64,000 nt of DNA from Mizuhopecten yessoensis. Taxonomy: Eukaryota. Below the pieces are notes generated by a model that saw nothing but the letters and a program-made list of their open reading frames with translations, made no database searches and was not told the DNA's origin. The stretch is taken from contig NW_018406814.1 in the NCBI RefSeq assembly GCF_002113885.1, forward strand, positions 352,987-416,986, in the 5' to 3' direction. This document shows, in pieces, positions 13,765 through 27,059 of the stretch. The translations under genes and the position numbers were made by a program. Numbering within the stretch: the stretch's first letter is position 1; the number at the start of each line of letters is the position of its first letter.

Positions 13765-15460
13765 ACCTTAGGTTTAACAGTAGGACTAACTATCTGTACT
13801 GTATGTTACCTTAGGTTTAACAGTAGGGCTAACGACCTACCTGTATTGTATGTAACCTTAGGTTTTACAGTAAGTCTAACTACCTGTATTGTATGTTACC
13901 TTAGGTATAACAGTAGGAATAACTACGTGTACTGTATGTAACCTTAGGTTTAACAGTGGGACTAACTACCTGTATTGTATGTAACCTTAGGTTTTACAGT
14001 AAGTCTAACTACCTGTATTGTATGTTACCTTAGGTATAACAGTAGGAATAACTACCTGTACTGTATGTAACCTTAGGTTTAACAGTAGGACTAACTACCT
14101 GTATTGTATGTAACCTTAGGTTTTACATTAAGTCTAACTACCTGTATTGTGTGTAACCTTAGGTTTAACAGTAGGACTAACTCCCTGTATTGTATGTAAC
14201 CTTAGGTTTAGCAGTAGGACTAACTACCTGTATTGTATGTTACCTTAGGTATAACAGTAGGACTAACTACCTGAATTGTATGTTACCTTAGGTATAACAG
14301 TAGGACTAACTACCTGAATTGTATGTTACCTTAGGTATAACAGTAGGAAAAACTACCTGTACTGTATGTAACCTTAGGTTTAACAGTGGGACTAACTACC
14401 TGTATTGTATGTAACCTTAGGGATAACAGTAGGACTAACTACCTGTATTGTATGTAACCTTAGGTTTTACAGTAAGTCTAACTACCTGTATTGTAAGTAA
14501 CCTTAGGTTTTACAGTAAGTCTAACTACCTGTATTGTATGTAACCTTAGGTTTTACATTAAGTCTAACTACCTGTATTGTGTGTAACCTTAGGTTTAACA
14601 GTAGGACTTACTACCTGTATTGTATGTAACCTTAGGTATAACAGTAGGACTAACTACCTGTATTGTATGTAACCTTAGGTTTAACAGTAGGACTTACTAC
14701 CTGTATTGTATGTAACCTTAGGTTTAACAGTAAGACTTACTACCTGTATTGTATGTAACCTTAGATGTAACAGTAGGACTAACTACATCTATTGTATGTA
14801 ACCTTAGGTTTAACAGTAGGACTAACTACCTGTATTGTATGTAACCTAAGGTTTAACAGTAGGACTAACTAGCTGTATTGTATGTTACCTTAGGTATAAC
14901 AGTAGGACTAACTACCTGTATTGTATGTTACCTTAGGTATAACAGTAGGACTAACTACCTGTATTGTATGTAACCTAAGGTTTAACAGTAGGACTAACTA
15001 GCTGTATTGTATGTAACCTTAGGTATAACAGTAAGGCTAACTACCTGTATTGTATGTAACCTTAGGTTTAACAGTAGGACTAACTACCTGTATTGTATGT
15101 AACCTTAGGTTTAGCAGTAGGACTAACTATCTGTATCGTATGTAACCTTAGGTTTAACAGTAGGACTTACTACCTGTATTGTATACTATCTACGGTTGAA
15201 GAGTAGGCCTAACTACATGTAATCGTATGTAAACTTATGTATAACTACCCATATTAGATGTTACCTTCGTTTTTAAAGTAGAACTTACTAAATGTAATTG
15301 ATGTTGCCTTTAAGGCTTAGGATATTTCGATATAACCCTAGTACTTATTTCTAAAATCGAACTACGTATTGTTATGTACAAATCCATGTACAAAAACTGG
15401 TTTTATCTGTAATGCTATGTAAAAAAAGCATTTCTTAAACTCGTTTTACATGAGGATTAA

Positions 15461-15543
15461 CTCATTCACCCCTAAGGAAACATTTGGACCCATCCAATTC
15501 AAAGGTTAGAATAGTTTATTATGAAAAGTTAGGGGTGAATGAT
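15461..15543. mobile_element. 83-bp MITE with TTAA TSD (piggyBac-like)
   Basis: TTAA|ctcattcacccctaa ... ttaggggtgaatgat|TTAA. Confidence 0.7.
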
Positions 15544-16169
15544 TTAATGATACTGGTATACTGGATCAGCTGACGCATTAGGCTAGACTACTATATAATG
15601 TATACAACTACCACCATTGATTACCTATCTATATGTATATAACTACAAACACTCTGTATCAGCAAAATAATGAAACATGTATCACGCTGTTTACCATCTC
15701 ATTAACGATCGTGTATAGCAATAGTAGGTTTCATCTATGTAAGAGACCTTCTGAGGTACACATTATGTATGGAAGTTTGTTTCTGCTCTGTTGATATCCT
15801 GAATACACCATCAATGGAAGTTTTTTCTTTCTTTTATAATTTATGTATTGAAAGAAACCGTGAATACCAAATAAATCGATATACCTGCTAATGAAATCGT
15901 CAGCGTTTCACATGTTAAAGCAGCCTCCTAGAAAAGTAGTATTTAACGCATGCCTGATTCCACAGGTCAACCATGCATGTACAGAACCACAGAAGATAGT
16001 AATAATAGTGGTATGTTGGACGCATTCTGTGATATATTCGAGAATTAGTAAAAAATTGCAAATAATGTCCGCATGACACATTTTGCAATGAATCCCTTTT
16101 TCGCTTATATTTCTATGAAAGTCTTCCAATACTGTCCAAAAGGTCATCTTACAATAAAATCCCTATAAT

Positions 16170-17400
16170 CATTTCCCCACAAAATCTCTATGATCCTTAC
16201 AATATCCCCCATCATATCCATTATACTCCTCCAATATCTCCCCATAGTGTCTACATAATCCCCCCCCCCGCCCCCCCACACACAATATATCTATGTACCC
16301 CTCCAATATCTCCCAATAATGTTCCTGTAATCACCTCCCCACAATATCTCTATGTACCCCTCCAATATCTCCCCATAGTGTCTACGTAATCACCTCCCAA
16401 CAATATCTGTTTGTACTCCTCCAATATCTTCACATAGTGTCTACGTAATCACCTCCCCTCAATATCTCTATGTACTTCTCCAATATCTCCCCATAATGTC
16501 CATGTACTCACCTCCTCACAATATCTCTATGTACCCCTCCAATATCTTCTTATAATGTCCCTGTAATTACCTCCCCACAATATCTCTATGTAGCCCTCTA
16601 ATATCTCCCCATAAAGCCCCTGTTTTCACCTCCCAACAATATCTCTATATAACCCCCCCCCTCCAATATCTCCCCATAGCGTCAACGTAATCACTTCCCC
16701 ACAATATCTCTATATGCCCTCCAATATCTCCCCATAGTGTCAATGTACTCACCTTCCCACAATATCTCTTTATACCCCTCCAATATCTCCCCATAATGTC
16801 CCCGTAATCATCTCTACACCATATCTCTTTATACCCCTCTAATATCTCCCCATAATGTCCCCGTAATCTCCTCACCACAATATCTCTATGTACCCCTCCA
16901 ATATCTCCTTATAATGTCCCTGTAATTACCTCCCCACAATATCTCTATGTAGCCCTCTAATATCTCCTTATAATGTCCCGTAATCACCTCCCAACAATAT
17001 CTCTATGTACCCCTCCAATATCTCCTTATAATGTCCCGTAATCACCTCCCAACAATATCTCTATGTACCCCTCCAATATCTCCCCATAATGTCCCTGTAC
17101 TCACCTCCCCACAAATATCTATTTACCCCTCCAATGTCTCCCCATAATGATCCTTTAATAACCTCCCTACAATATCTCTATGTACCACTCAAATATTTCC
17201 CCTTAGTGTCCATGTGATCACCTATCTACATTACATTATGAATCCCTACAATATTTCCCCACACAGCCCTTGTAATCAATTTCCTTCAATATACCTATAC
17301 CTCTGCAATATCACATAATATCCCTATGATACCCTTCTTATATTGTTCTTGTACTCACCTCCCAAAAACGTCCCTATGTTCACCCCTCCCCACAAAGTAT
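16170..17400. repeat. C-rich tandem repeat, unit about 58-60 bp
   Basis: Consensus ctccaatatctccccataatgtccc(c)gtaatcacctccccacaatatctctatgtaccc; period 58 from 16981 to 17039; aatatctc occurs twice per unit. Confidence 0.9.
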
Positions 17401-17419
17401 TTATGCCCTCCTCATAACA

Positions 17420-17912
17420 TGTCCGTATGATCACCTATGGGGAGGGGGTGGGAGATTTCCCGGCCATAATGTGTATGATCAACTACTGGGAGGGGGTGGG
17501 AGAGTCACCTACGGGGAGGGGGTGGGAGAGTCNACACTCCTCTGCCATAATGTGTATGATCACCTACGGGGAGGGGGTGGGAGAGTCCTCGGCCACACTC
17601 CTCTGCCATAATGTGTATGATCACCTACGGGGAGGGGGTGGGAGAGTCCTCGGCCACACTCCTCTGCCATAATGTGTATGATCACCTACGGGGAGGGGGT
17701 GGGAGAGTCCTCGGCCACACTCCTCTGCCATAATGTGTATGATCACCTACGGGGAGGGGGTGGGAGAGTCCTCGGCCACACTCCTCTGCCATAATGTGTA
17801 TGATCACCTACGGGGAGGGGGTGGGAGAGTCCTCGGCCACACTCCTCTGCCATAATGTGTATGATCACCTACGGGGAGGGGGTGGGAGAGTCCTCGGCCA
17901 TAATGTGTATGA
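17420..17912. repeat. Homogeneous G-rich 61-bp tandem repeat spanning the N at 17533
   Basis: Unit ataatgtgtatgatcacctacggggagggggtgggagagtcctcggccacactcctctgcc; about 6 identical copies after the gap. Confidence 0.92.
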
Positions 17913-17989
17913 TCTGAAGTTATATTTTTTTATGTTTCAATTGACAACAATTATAAAACCATCTTCTAAATCCAAGTGTAGAAAAGAAA

Positions 17990-18152
17990 CATGTATTGAG
18001 AGCAGAATGGAGGTGGTGATGATGATGGGGAAGGGGAGGAGTACTCCCAGAGAAGCGAGAAACTCCGTAGTTCGACATGGGACTTTTTACGTCCGTTGGA
18101 GAATTGAACACTGGCCGCCTTAGTGAAAGGAGGGCGCGCTAATCACTGCTAC
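17990..18152 (-). mobile_element. Degenerate tRNA-derived SINE
   Basis: Reverse strand reads gtagcagtgattagcgcgcc (A-box-like) and gtgttcaattctc (B-box-like), then a V-domain-like ttctctgggagtactc. Confidence 0.5.
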
Positions 18153-18491
18153 ACATGTCCTGTAATAATGCTATAATATTTCCGTTATGAAATAATGATA
18201 GACTGATAGTATGCTTATGTTCGATCGTCTGTATTTCTAATCCCCTACTTATAATGCTTGTGAGGGAATTTAGATTTATCTATAAATACTAAATACTGAT
18301 ATGACGTAATAATTCTCGAGATTTCGGGATTAGCGGTGGTATTTCTAACGGATAATCTTAATCAGTGGACCATAACTTCAAGGTCAAATCACAGTATCGT
18401 GCGTCACAAAATATCGACAATCATAAAATCAAACAAACACGACCGAGGCAAACTTTATAACATATTGGAATATTTATAGCTTTTATTATAT

Positions 18492-18569
18492 GGGGCAAAG
18501 AAGTAAATCCAACAGTGTGGACAAGTTTAGGATGTCAAATTTTCGGAGCGATCCGCTCCTTTTTCAAGA
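18492..18569 (-). mobile_element. 78-bp Penelope-like terminal fragment with a degenerate minimal hammerhead, between 16-bp direct repeats
   Basis: atagcttttattatat at 18476-18491 and 18570-18585. Minus strand reads cttgaaaa-aggagcg-gat-cgctcc-gaaa, i.e. a mutated CUGAnGA-stemII-GAAA core. Confidence 0.55.
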
Positions 18570-20199
18570 ATAGCTTTTATTATATATATAGCAGTTATCA
18601 CTAAGTATATGTATTAGAATTTAACTTTACATTTCTGAACACACGGTAATTTACCAAACAGCGCAGTTTTTATTACTGTGGTGTACTTGTTAAAATTCAT
18701 ATTTTAATGAAGAATATCCAGTTTTATGCAAGTGGGAGGAAGGGTAGATGAAGCCAGTTTCTTTATAGTAATATTGAATATCAATGTCCAATATGAACCC
18801 AAAGACGGATCGAGTTTAAGTTAGAGTGCCCATTAAGTAAGATAGACGTTTATGGGGCGGTAAGAGGCTTATAACTAACTTTAAACAAATCCCAATTTTG
18901 TGTTAATATTGGAAATTAATATCCAACAATATTGAAAAAAAAAGATAACGGGCATCGATTTGTGCACGCTCTCGCTTATTTGAGAGTTTTGGGTTTATAG
19001 CCATAACAAATTTCGTAGATATTGTATTTCCTTACAATCCATTTATTAGTTATCAATACGAGAACAAGTGCTCATGTCGGAGAAGTATGGGCTGATTTTT
19101 TGTCCAAAAAAACACGTGTTCTCCATTGATAACTAATAATTGGATTGCCACAAAAAGGTAGGGGCATCAAGGCGCAAGCAATGAGGAAAAGTTCAGATAA
19201 AGAATGATAGTGACACTGCAGGTACAATGTGTAATAGTTAGTGCATGCTTTAATCAGACGTTTATTCTTGTTCCATTCCAGACATCTATTCTTGTTCCTG
19301 TTCATGCCTGAACATGCCTTCAGACATATTAAGAAACATCATTTTGACATAAATTAGTTCTTTTATCACTACAGCTAATAGTGTCAAATGTTGAACTTAT
19401 AATTTCTTATCAAGAATACCAATTACTAAAACGTACTGCTCAAATGCAAGAATTCTGACCTCCACAATTCGTGTTTGTATACTGCCACAACAGTAAAACT
19501 ATAAATAGATATACACGTGTGCAGTATCAGTCATAACGTATGCAGTAAACAAAACCCCCTCTCTTAAAAAAAAGGAAGAAATAAAAAAAAGTTTATGTTC
19601 AAATTTCTTTAATATTAACACCATGTGTACAATATATCGAAGGCAAGAACAGACATTTGATAACATATATACAATTGTATACAACAGAAATACAGGTACA
19701 ACCTATCACATCACGACACACGCAAACTTTCCTTGATATGTACATTTCTGTATATTACGTATTTTATATTGTCTGAATACATTTACATACTGTACAATAT
19801 TTGTAGTGCTGTGCAATTTTGTATAATATATATTTTTTAGAGTACAAATGTATTGTACAAAATTTGTTATTCTATATAATATTTGTTTAGAGATTTACAG
19901 AGTTTGAGCCCCGACCTCTGGTTTTAAATACTGAACGGGACCCAGTGTCTAGTTTTGAATAATCTCTTCTCAGTCTAGATTCATGTCGGTAAAGTTATGA
20001 ATTTTGTATATTTAATAAACATTATACATAGACAGTGTTAGGGAAATGTGTACCACTTTGTTCTAATTGAGGATGTAACGCCCTTGGTACCCGTAAACCT
20101 AGAGACTCGTGCTCAGTTTCTAAATAATATTTCGTGGGGTAAGACACTGCCTCGGTCAAAAATGACTAAAGGTGGATTATTATAATATGACTTATAAAT

Positions 20200-20450
20200 G
20201 AGATGCTTCTGATTGGTTAAGAGGCCTTAGTATCAGAGCATAAAATAAAATGCCATAATCACCAGATTTTGCTGATATCCGGTGATTACCAAATAATAAA
20301 AAATATGATATTTTCTAAATAAATTTTCCTTTTATATAAGAACACAACTACTGACATTATACCTGGTGAATATGCTGTGATACTGATCAATGTATACTAT
20401 TGTTATTGACTATGGCCAATTAATATCTCGGCATATTCACCAGGTAAAAC
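20200..20450. mobile_element. Palindromic non-autonomous DNA element fragment (Crypton-like)
   Basis: gcttctgattggtta motif, atcaccagat..atccggtgat hairpin, and the inverted pair acctggtgaatatgc / gcatattcaccaggt. Confidence 0.35.
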
Positions 20451-21422
20451 GTCCATAATTGTATAACATTAATTGTCTTTTCTGAGATGAAATAATGTCG
20501 AAATATTGCAGAATGCTTGCTGGTGAAGTGAGTGAACATGGACATTTGCAAATGAAATTACCTCGAATTTCGAATAAATTCTGTAACATGATTATAGTTA
20601 TGCAGAGAATATATGAAGCTGATATGTTTTGCATATTACCTACACCCATTTTGACGTCAGGATAAAGACAATATGTATGACGTCAAAACTTTGTGACGTC
20701 AGAATTATGAAGCCTAAATTGCGACTTTGACGACTTTACTATAGTCTGAGAAAAAATGTTTTCACAATAAATATTCACATGTAAAACTTTATGGCAAAAT
20801 ATGACAAATAAGAGCTTAAAATTGTTTCCATTTCTGCAAGAATTTACGAAATGTATCCAGTATTTAAAGCTCGACAGAACCTCGCCAACATCATTTCATA
20901 TGAGGTCAAACTCATTGAAGTCCTAATTCTAATAAATTATCACATGATATTTTTTTTATTTTAAATTTAGATACACTAGCTTCAAATCTGAAATATTTTT
21001 AGTCACCAGCTTCATGATGGCAGTTGCTGATTTGTGAGAGAAAAAAAAACGTTTTCTTCACACATCAGAAATCCTTATCGATTTCCTTCTTTCTGAACCT
21101 AATAGTACATAATACCGCTGTAGCTAGCGGTCACCAAGCCGAGTCAAATACAACACTGGTGGTCAGCATTCTCCGTCCTTCTGTAAGTCAGAAGTCTTCT
21201 TCATTGCTCTCAATAAAATAAACATAAAACACAGTAATTAATCATGTGTACATTCGACATTCGATACGAACACTTTTACACCATGGCACCGTACCCTAAA
21301 TCGAGCACGACATTTATGTCTAGTTTCATTGCTAGAGCCCATACATACGGCATTACAGGTATTACGAATAAATGATCAGAATCCTGTTATATGAGAGCAC
21401 CAGTATATCCATCCTGTTTAAA

Positions 21423-22022
21423 TCAGCAATTCTGGATACCCATCCACCTGTAACTACACAGTGATCCCGCTTTCCGGTTTACCTCTTGACGTTCTTGGAT
21501 GGACGGTTGTGCATGTCGCTTGCTTGTCTGACTTAGTCTGCTAACCATGTCGTCCATTCTCTGTCGGCTCACTTTCCTGGATCCCTGAAATCGGTTGGGA
21601 TCCAATTGCCGCCGACTGGCCGCGGGTTGGATTGTAACTTTTTTCTTTACATTTTGTTCTTCAATGCATACTCTCCGCACGTTTGCAGACGTCACGCGAA
21701 CACTGCTGATATATGTAGGCCGACTTAGTCGTGACACAATGTCGTCCATTTCATCTCTGGTTACTTTTTTCTGCACGTCGAGATAGTCTTCAAGATCCTC
21801 ATTCGAGAATTGTCGCCTGCTCGCACTTTTTGGGCGCGTTTGTTTCGGAGTAGTTAACTCCACTAAAACTGAAGCAGTCGACTCCCTCCTCTTTTCTCCC
21901 GGAAAGATAAGTCGGTCATGTCTTTGAAACTTTTCCATAGTTTCATAACCATGTGCCTCCTTTGCTAATTTTCCTATGGATTTAACAGGGGCCGACCGAG
22001 CGCGTGTTTCGGTGTCCTTCAT
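21423..22022 (-). CDS. Uncharacterised basic Arg/Ser-rich protein, 199 aa, with two D(I/M)VSRLS repeats
   Basis: GC-elevated 600-nt ORF whose ATG is the first after an in-frame stop; internal repeat EMDDIVSRLSRPT / RMDDMVSRLSQT; shares motifs with the gene at 38875-39312. Candidate 5'UTR donors (gtgagt on the minus strand) at 22302 and 22716. Confidence 0.8.
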   Translation of the reverse strand: MKDTETRARSAPVKSIGKLAKEAHGYETMEKFQRHDRLIFPGEKRRESTASVLVELTTPKQTRPKSASRRQFSNEDLEDYLDVQKKVTRDEMDDIVSRLSRPTYISSVRVTSANVRRVCIEEQNVKKKVTIQPAASRRQLDPNRFQGSRKVSRQRMDDMVSRLSQTSKRHAQPSIQERQEVNRKAGSLCSYRWMGIQNC

Positions 22023-23654
22023 AATGGCAGGAATCGATCAAGGGAGACAACAAATCTAAATTGAGACGCACCGGAGGTTCTGTGCAGTGCTCTTGCGTTG
22101 TTTGTCGACCCTTTTCTCTTCTTTTGTCAGGTGTTTATCAAAACGAACTTCCGTCTCTTTCTGTTTTGATCCAATCGATTTTGTCTATATAGAGTTTCAA
22201 AGTTTAGATTTTAACGATATCGAATTTACCTTCAGACTGTTTTAATAGCTGTTTCCTGTTCGTGGAGAACCAATACACGGAACGATGATAATGTTTACTC
22301 ACCATGTATACAGATGCTTCTGTCCAAATGTGTCTCTATGTTGACTTGCGGCCTTCACTGATTCACACAGGGATATTTTTAATGTCAATACGGAACCATC
22401 CCTAATCGTTGACGATGTTGACCAGGGTCAAGCACAATACAACCTACATTGGACTCGCGGTTCATTGGATAGTTATCCTTTTCTATTGCTGGTGATGTTT
22501 CATAAATATTCATAACACAGCTAACGGTCCGGGATGTCAATAATTCTATATCAGCTAAACCAATACACGTTAGTCCTCCGCAACTTTCACCTGAGCTCAG
22601 AATACAACACAATTCTACGAATGTACGGCGAGTCATGTGCAATAATATTTATATAAATGTAATAAAAATATCATCGTTTCATTCTGTATTCGACTCAATG
22701 TTCACAATAAACTCACCTCTGTATCTTGAAAGTGTTTGAATGAAACTGCCAATCTATATATGTCAAGCGTTTTAATATCCATAACAACCGGTATGAATAT
22801 ACACAATCCAACTTCCGTTCTGATGAAGTCCCAACAAAAGCCTGGATCAATAAACGTCACGTTTATGAATACCTCTCTGACATCCGTGTGTTTTATGAGC
22901 TAAGGAAATGCCTTACATGAAAGTAAAATAACATAAAACAGATGACGTTTCATGTGATTAATTTGATCAAGCTCACGTATTTTCGGCCACACACGTTTTA
23001 GTCTTCACCGTGTAGCTAGGTACCTAAGATCCTATCTAATTGTATTTCAGCCATTTAAAGCTTTTATCGTGTCGAACAGCAATGAAATACTTTCCAAAAT
23101 TTAAATATCCTTTCATAAGCACATTATCACTATTGTTTGGTCACATAATACACAAAGGCCTTAAATCTTAAGTCCTAACACCATAAGGACCCGTGCGACT
23201 GTACTTTGTTACAACAAGGTTCTGGATCACTAGAGGGTGAGACCGGCCAATAAGGTTGACCAGATGTCACTGTCGTTTTCCCGTTAGTTACGAAACGGGT
23301 CATTAGTTTATATCCAGATTTTCCATTACGCGAATTTGCGTGCGGTTTAGCAGTCACATTATATGGAAAAGGGGAAGCCGTGTGAGGTTTAATACGAGGT
23401 AGGTTGTAACACGGGTAGGGTGTTACGATGTCGCGCCAATATATTTGTTGTCGGAAGTGACGACAGGATAAGGTACCATCAATTTCAGTGTGTGCATTTT
23501 GTCACTTCTCTACAAATAACTGTCTTTAATGCCTCTCTTTTTACGCGCTTTGAGACAACAAATATATATGCAAATGTGGACCAGATCAAATATGGTATCA
23601 ACAGTGCCCTTAATCTAGAGGGCATTAATGATAAATGGATCAGGTATGTACGTG

Positions 23655-24180
23655 TCCAGTCATAAGGGCCACACATTAGTAGTCACGCAGAGTCCAATTA
23701 GTCGCCTCGAAGTGCGCACTTACTGGGCGCCTCATATTGTCCACACATTTGTCGCCTCGTTGTACTCGCCTATTGGTAGGGTCCACACATTTGCTTCCTC
23801 GTCGGGCCCACACATTGGTTGCCTCATAGGACCCATATATTAGTCGCCTTGTGGGGCCAACACATGAGTCGCATCGTAGAGCCAATATATGTCTCTTTAG
23901 AAGCCAACACATTGGTCGTCTGGCCCATGCAACCGTCGCCTCGTAGAAACCATACATTAGTCGTCTCGTATGGTCCAACAATGGCTGCCTTGTGCGACCA
24001 ACATATAAGTCCTCTCGTCTGGTCACACATTAGTTGCCTCGTATGGCCCACAATTTAGTCATCTTGAAGTGGCCACACTTTAGTCGCCTCCTAGTGCCCA
24101 AAACAATTATTGTTTTGTAGAGCCTTCACATAACTGGCCTCGAGCTCGTTAGAACTATACATGAATCGCCTCAGATGGTC
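23655..24180. repeat. Degenerate ~26-bp tandem repeat
   Basis: Recurring cacacattagtcgcctcgtagggccc-like units. Confidence 0.75.
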
Positions 24181-24339
24181 CAACAGATGAGCAGCCTTAA
24201 CGTTTTTTCTGATATATCCAAGAGCCATGAGTAGTGAACTCGTTACTTAGCATATTGAGCCTCATAATATATTTCTATTTTCCACTCGAAGAATGACCGA
24301 CCATCGACCATCGATTCATGTAAAACCAAAATCATCTTT

Positions 24340-24555
24340 TCAGTAACAGATATCGTAACCTTTGACCAATGTTTTATATCTGATATGACCTCAAAAGCAA
24401 TCACAAACATTAATTGTTCACCCGCGTTTCTAATACGTAGGCATGGTCACCAAGTAAAGCTATTGTCCAGAAATAAAAAGCGCAACAGACAGTCAGACAA
24501 TCAGCTCAAAAGCAACAAATGTCGTCCCGCCAATAATATAGGGGAGGTATTAATG
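24340..24555 (-). mobile_element. Degenerate HINE/MITE 5' end
   Basis: accttt/tgacct core motif, (caga)n-like cagacagtcagac, and terminal cccgcc..ggggaggtattaa. Confidence 0.35.
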
Positions 24556-27059
24556 GCAACCTTTTTTACTACGTTTTGCAGGCTAAAGATTATCCTTGCA
24601 TTTCATATATCAATTGTGAAGGTGTGGTTATCTCAGTTCAAGAATTGCAAGATATATTGCAGTGTCGTTAAATTTGACATATATTCAGAAATAGATTTAC
24701 AATATATAAATACATCCGTTCTTATCTTGTTTTTCACAAACCGAAGTGGGAAATATCATCAACAACCATTGTCTGTTAAAATCAAATAACTGGTATTAGT
24801 ATGATACAGAGTGGTACATGTAAGTATCTATCTATATCAAATTATAGAGATATGTTTATCTCTGACCTGTTATATTGATTGACAGGTTTGTGGCAAGTTT
24901 GTATGAACGGCCAGTTCTCTGTGACGTAAACAAGAACTGATATCTGTAATTAAATTACTATCACATGTATCATACAATGACGCACACAATACATACTATA
25001 TAGTCTGAGTTATATCTGTGTATCTCTTTAAGACTTTAAATGTCACCGTAAACAAGTGTTATTTTGTATCGTCTTTAGCATACCTTAGTCATTCATATCT
25101 AAGATCGTACACGTAGAGAAATTAAATTAATCATGTCGGTTGGTCTTTGGTACCAAAATGTGGTAAATGCATCTTGTTACATTTCAATGGGACAATTAAT
25201 ACGGTGAGATATTTAATATTGTTTAAAGCTGACAATGCTTAATCCCGTGCTCCAATCAAGTTAAATATATATTCCGATTTGATTGAAATCTGTTTGAACT
25301 TTTAACGACATGCCACGATCAACAATGGGAATTAAGTCTAACCATACTACAATGCCAGAGACAAGCGCTATCCACGTGGTATCCCTCAAACTTCAGACCG
25401 ATATATAACGCCGTCCATTAAAGGTGTCAATCACAGCGACAATTAACTGGGGGATCGATACCTATTAGATCATTAACGAGCGGTCTAATAACACTAGGAG
25501 ATACATGTACAGCTAGTGTGGACACCTCACCAGTGAGCACGTGAAATACCTTTGATCTTTGTTTTAGGTAAGAGTATTTTTATTTTTGCCATCAGCTGAG
25601 CACACTGCTTTGAAAAAGGATAAAGTTCTGTGTATGAGAATTTTCAAAGAAGAATATCACACAATTGTATTAAGTGCTTTGATTATCTTTTTAATATGTT
25701 ATTACTGATGGGAACATCTATCATTTGCACGTGCGTTGTGTGTGTGTGTGTGTGCTCGTGAAGAAACGCCTAGAATTCAGTGTTATTATTCCGTCACTAC
25801 TAGAGGCTCCAAATTTCTTTCATGATAATTGCATCCTTTATGCTCATATCAGTCTAGGTTGATGTAGGTACTGCTGTCTCCGATTAGGGAAGTTTGCAGC
25901 GACTAAAATAGGCCTGAACTATTTTTCTACAATTTAATCTGGTTCATTTGTTTTCCTTGGCACTATCCGACATCTTCCTGTAATACCTGAAGACATTGGC
26001 GTTTGCTGTAGGTCATTTTCACTAGTTTTATATTTTTGATGCTAAAAGTACTTGAAGATAACTTTCAGTCATTTTTCCGACATCCTTATTGGTATTCGCA
26101 CGAATTATTTATCCAAAATTAACAAAATTATTAACACATTTTGGCAAAAAAATAGAAAATATGTAAAATGGAAATGAGTGAAATTGAAATCAAATATGGC
26201 CTTAACTGATTGAACAAAAAAGGTATTTGCTATTTCCGAATCAAGTCATACGCTGCCGGTCAAGGTTTGTCTTGTTTTCGCGTAGACGATATCAGAGTTA
26301 AATGTATACAGCTGCATTTATTTCATTTAAAACCCAGTATCGTAGATATTGGAAAATATGACACATATTTAACTCAATTCGAGACATTTTCGTCCCACGC
26401 CATTAATACAAACCTACTAAATATAGAAAAGGGGCCACAGGACGGTGTTGATTACAGAAGGCCGTCTCAGTCAGCGTGTGGGGGTACGCTGTTTTGCTCC
26501 GCATGTGTTATTGTAGGAGGAAATTTTACGGGATATGTAAATTGAAACCAACCATTGTTCAATTTGATACACAATAGCAAATTATTCACACTACAAAACC
26601 ACAGCGATTTACAAACTTATACACATCACAAACCCACAGTGATTTCCATTACAAAATATGTAGCAATCACGGCTATGTTGTTCAGGTTATATTGTTTAAA
26701 ATGTATTATATCAGGTTAGGTATTGATTTAATGTTTTTTAATGATTGCAAGAATTAATCAAATTGATATGGGACATGCGTTCAATGTACTTGTAGTCGCC
26801 GGGGTGACAGGTGGGTTAAAGGACCCAGACGTCAAGTCCGTAACAAAATATCAAAATACAAATGTGTATTCAATTAAATTACATAATAATCCAACATTAA
26901 ATTATTTCAGCAAAAAGTACAATTAGTTTTTCTGCCAAATATAACAATGGACTTTGGGATGTACTTAAACATGGTGTGTTGCATTGGATCTGCCAGGAGT
27001 TGCCGGATTCCTAAGGACAAGAAGTCAAAGGTGTTAAAGGCAAATAATAGATGCCTGAG

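Larger units (their letters stand above)
9200..15290. repeat. 43-bp tandem satellite in three blocks (about 9200-11135, 12421-13016, 13765-15290)
   Basis: Consensus acagtaggactaactacctgtattgtatgtaaccttaggttta; period 43 measured from 14641 to 14684; about 90 units, decaying at both outer edges. Confidence 0.95.

Noticed and set aside
9200-15290. CRISPR-like appearance of the palindromic 43-bp repeat
   Set aside because: Units are head-to-tail with no unique spacers, there are no cas genes, and the context is eukaryotic.
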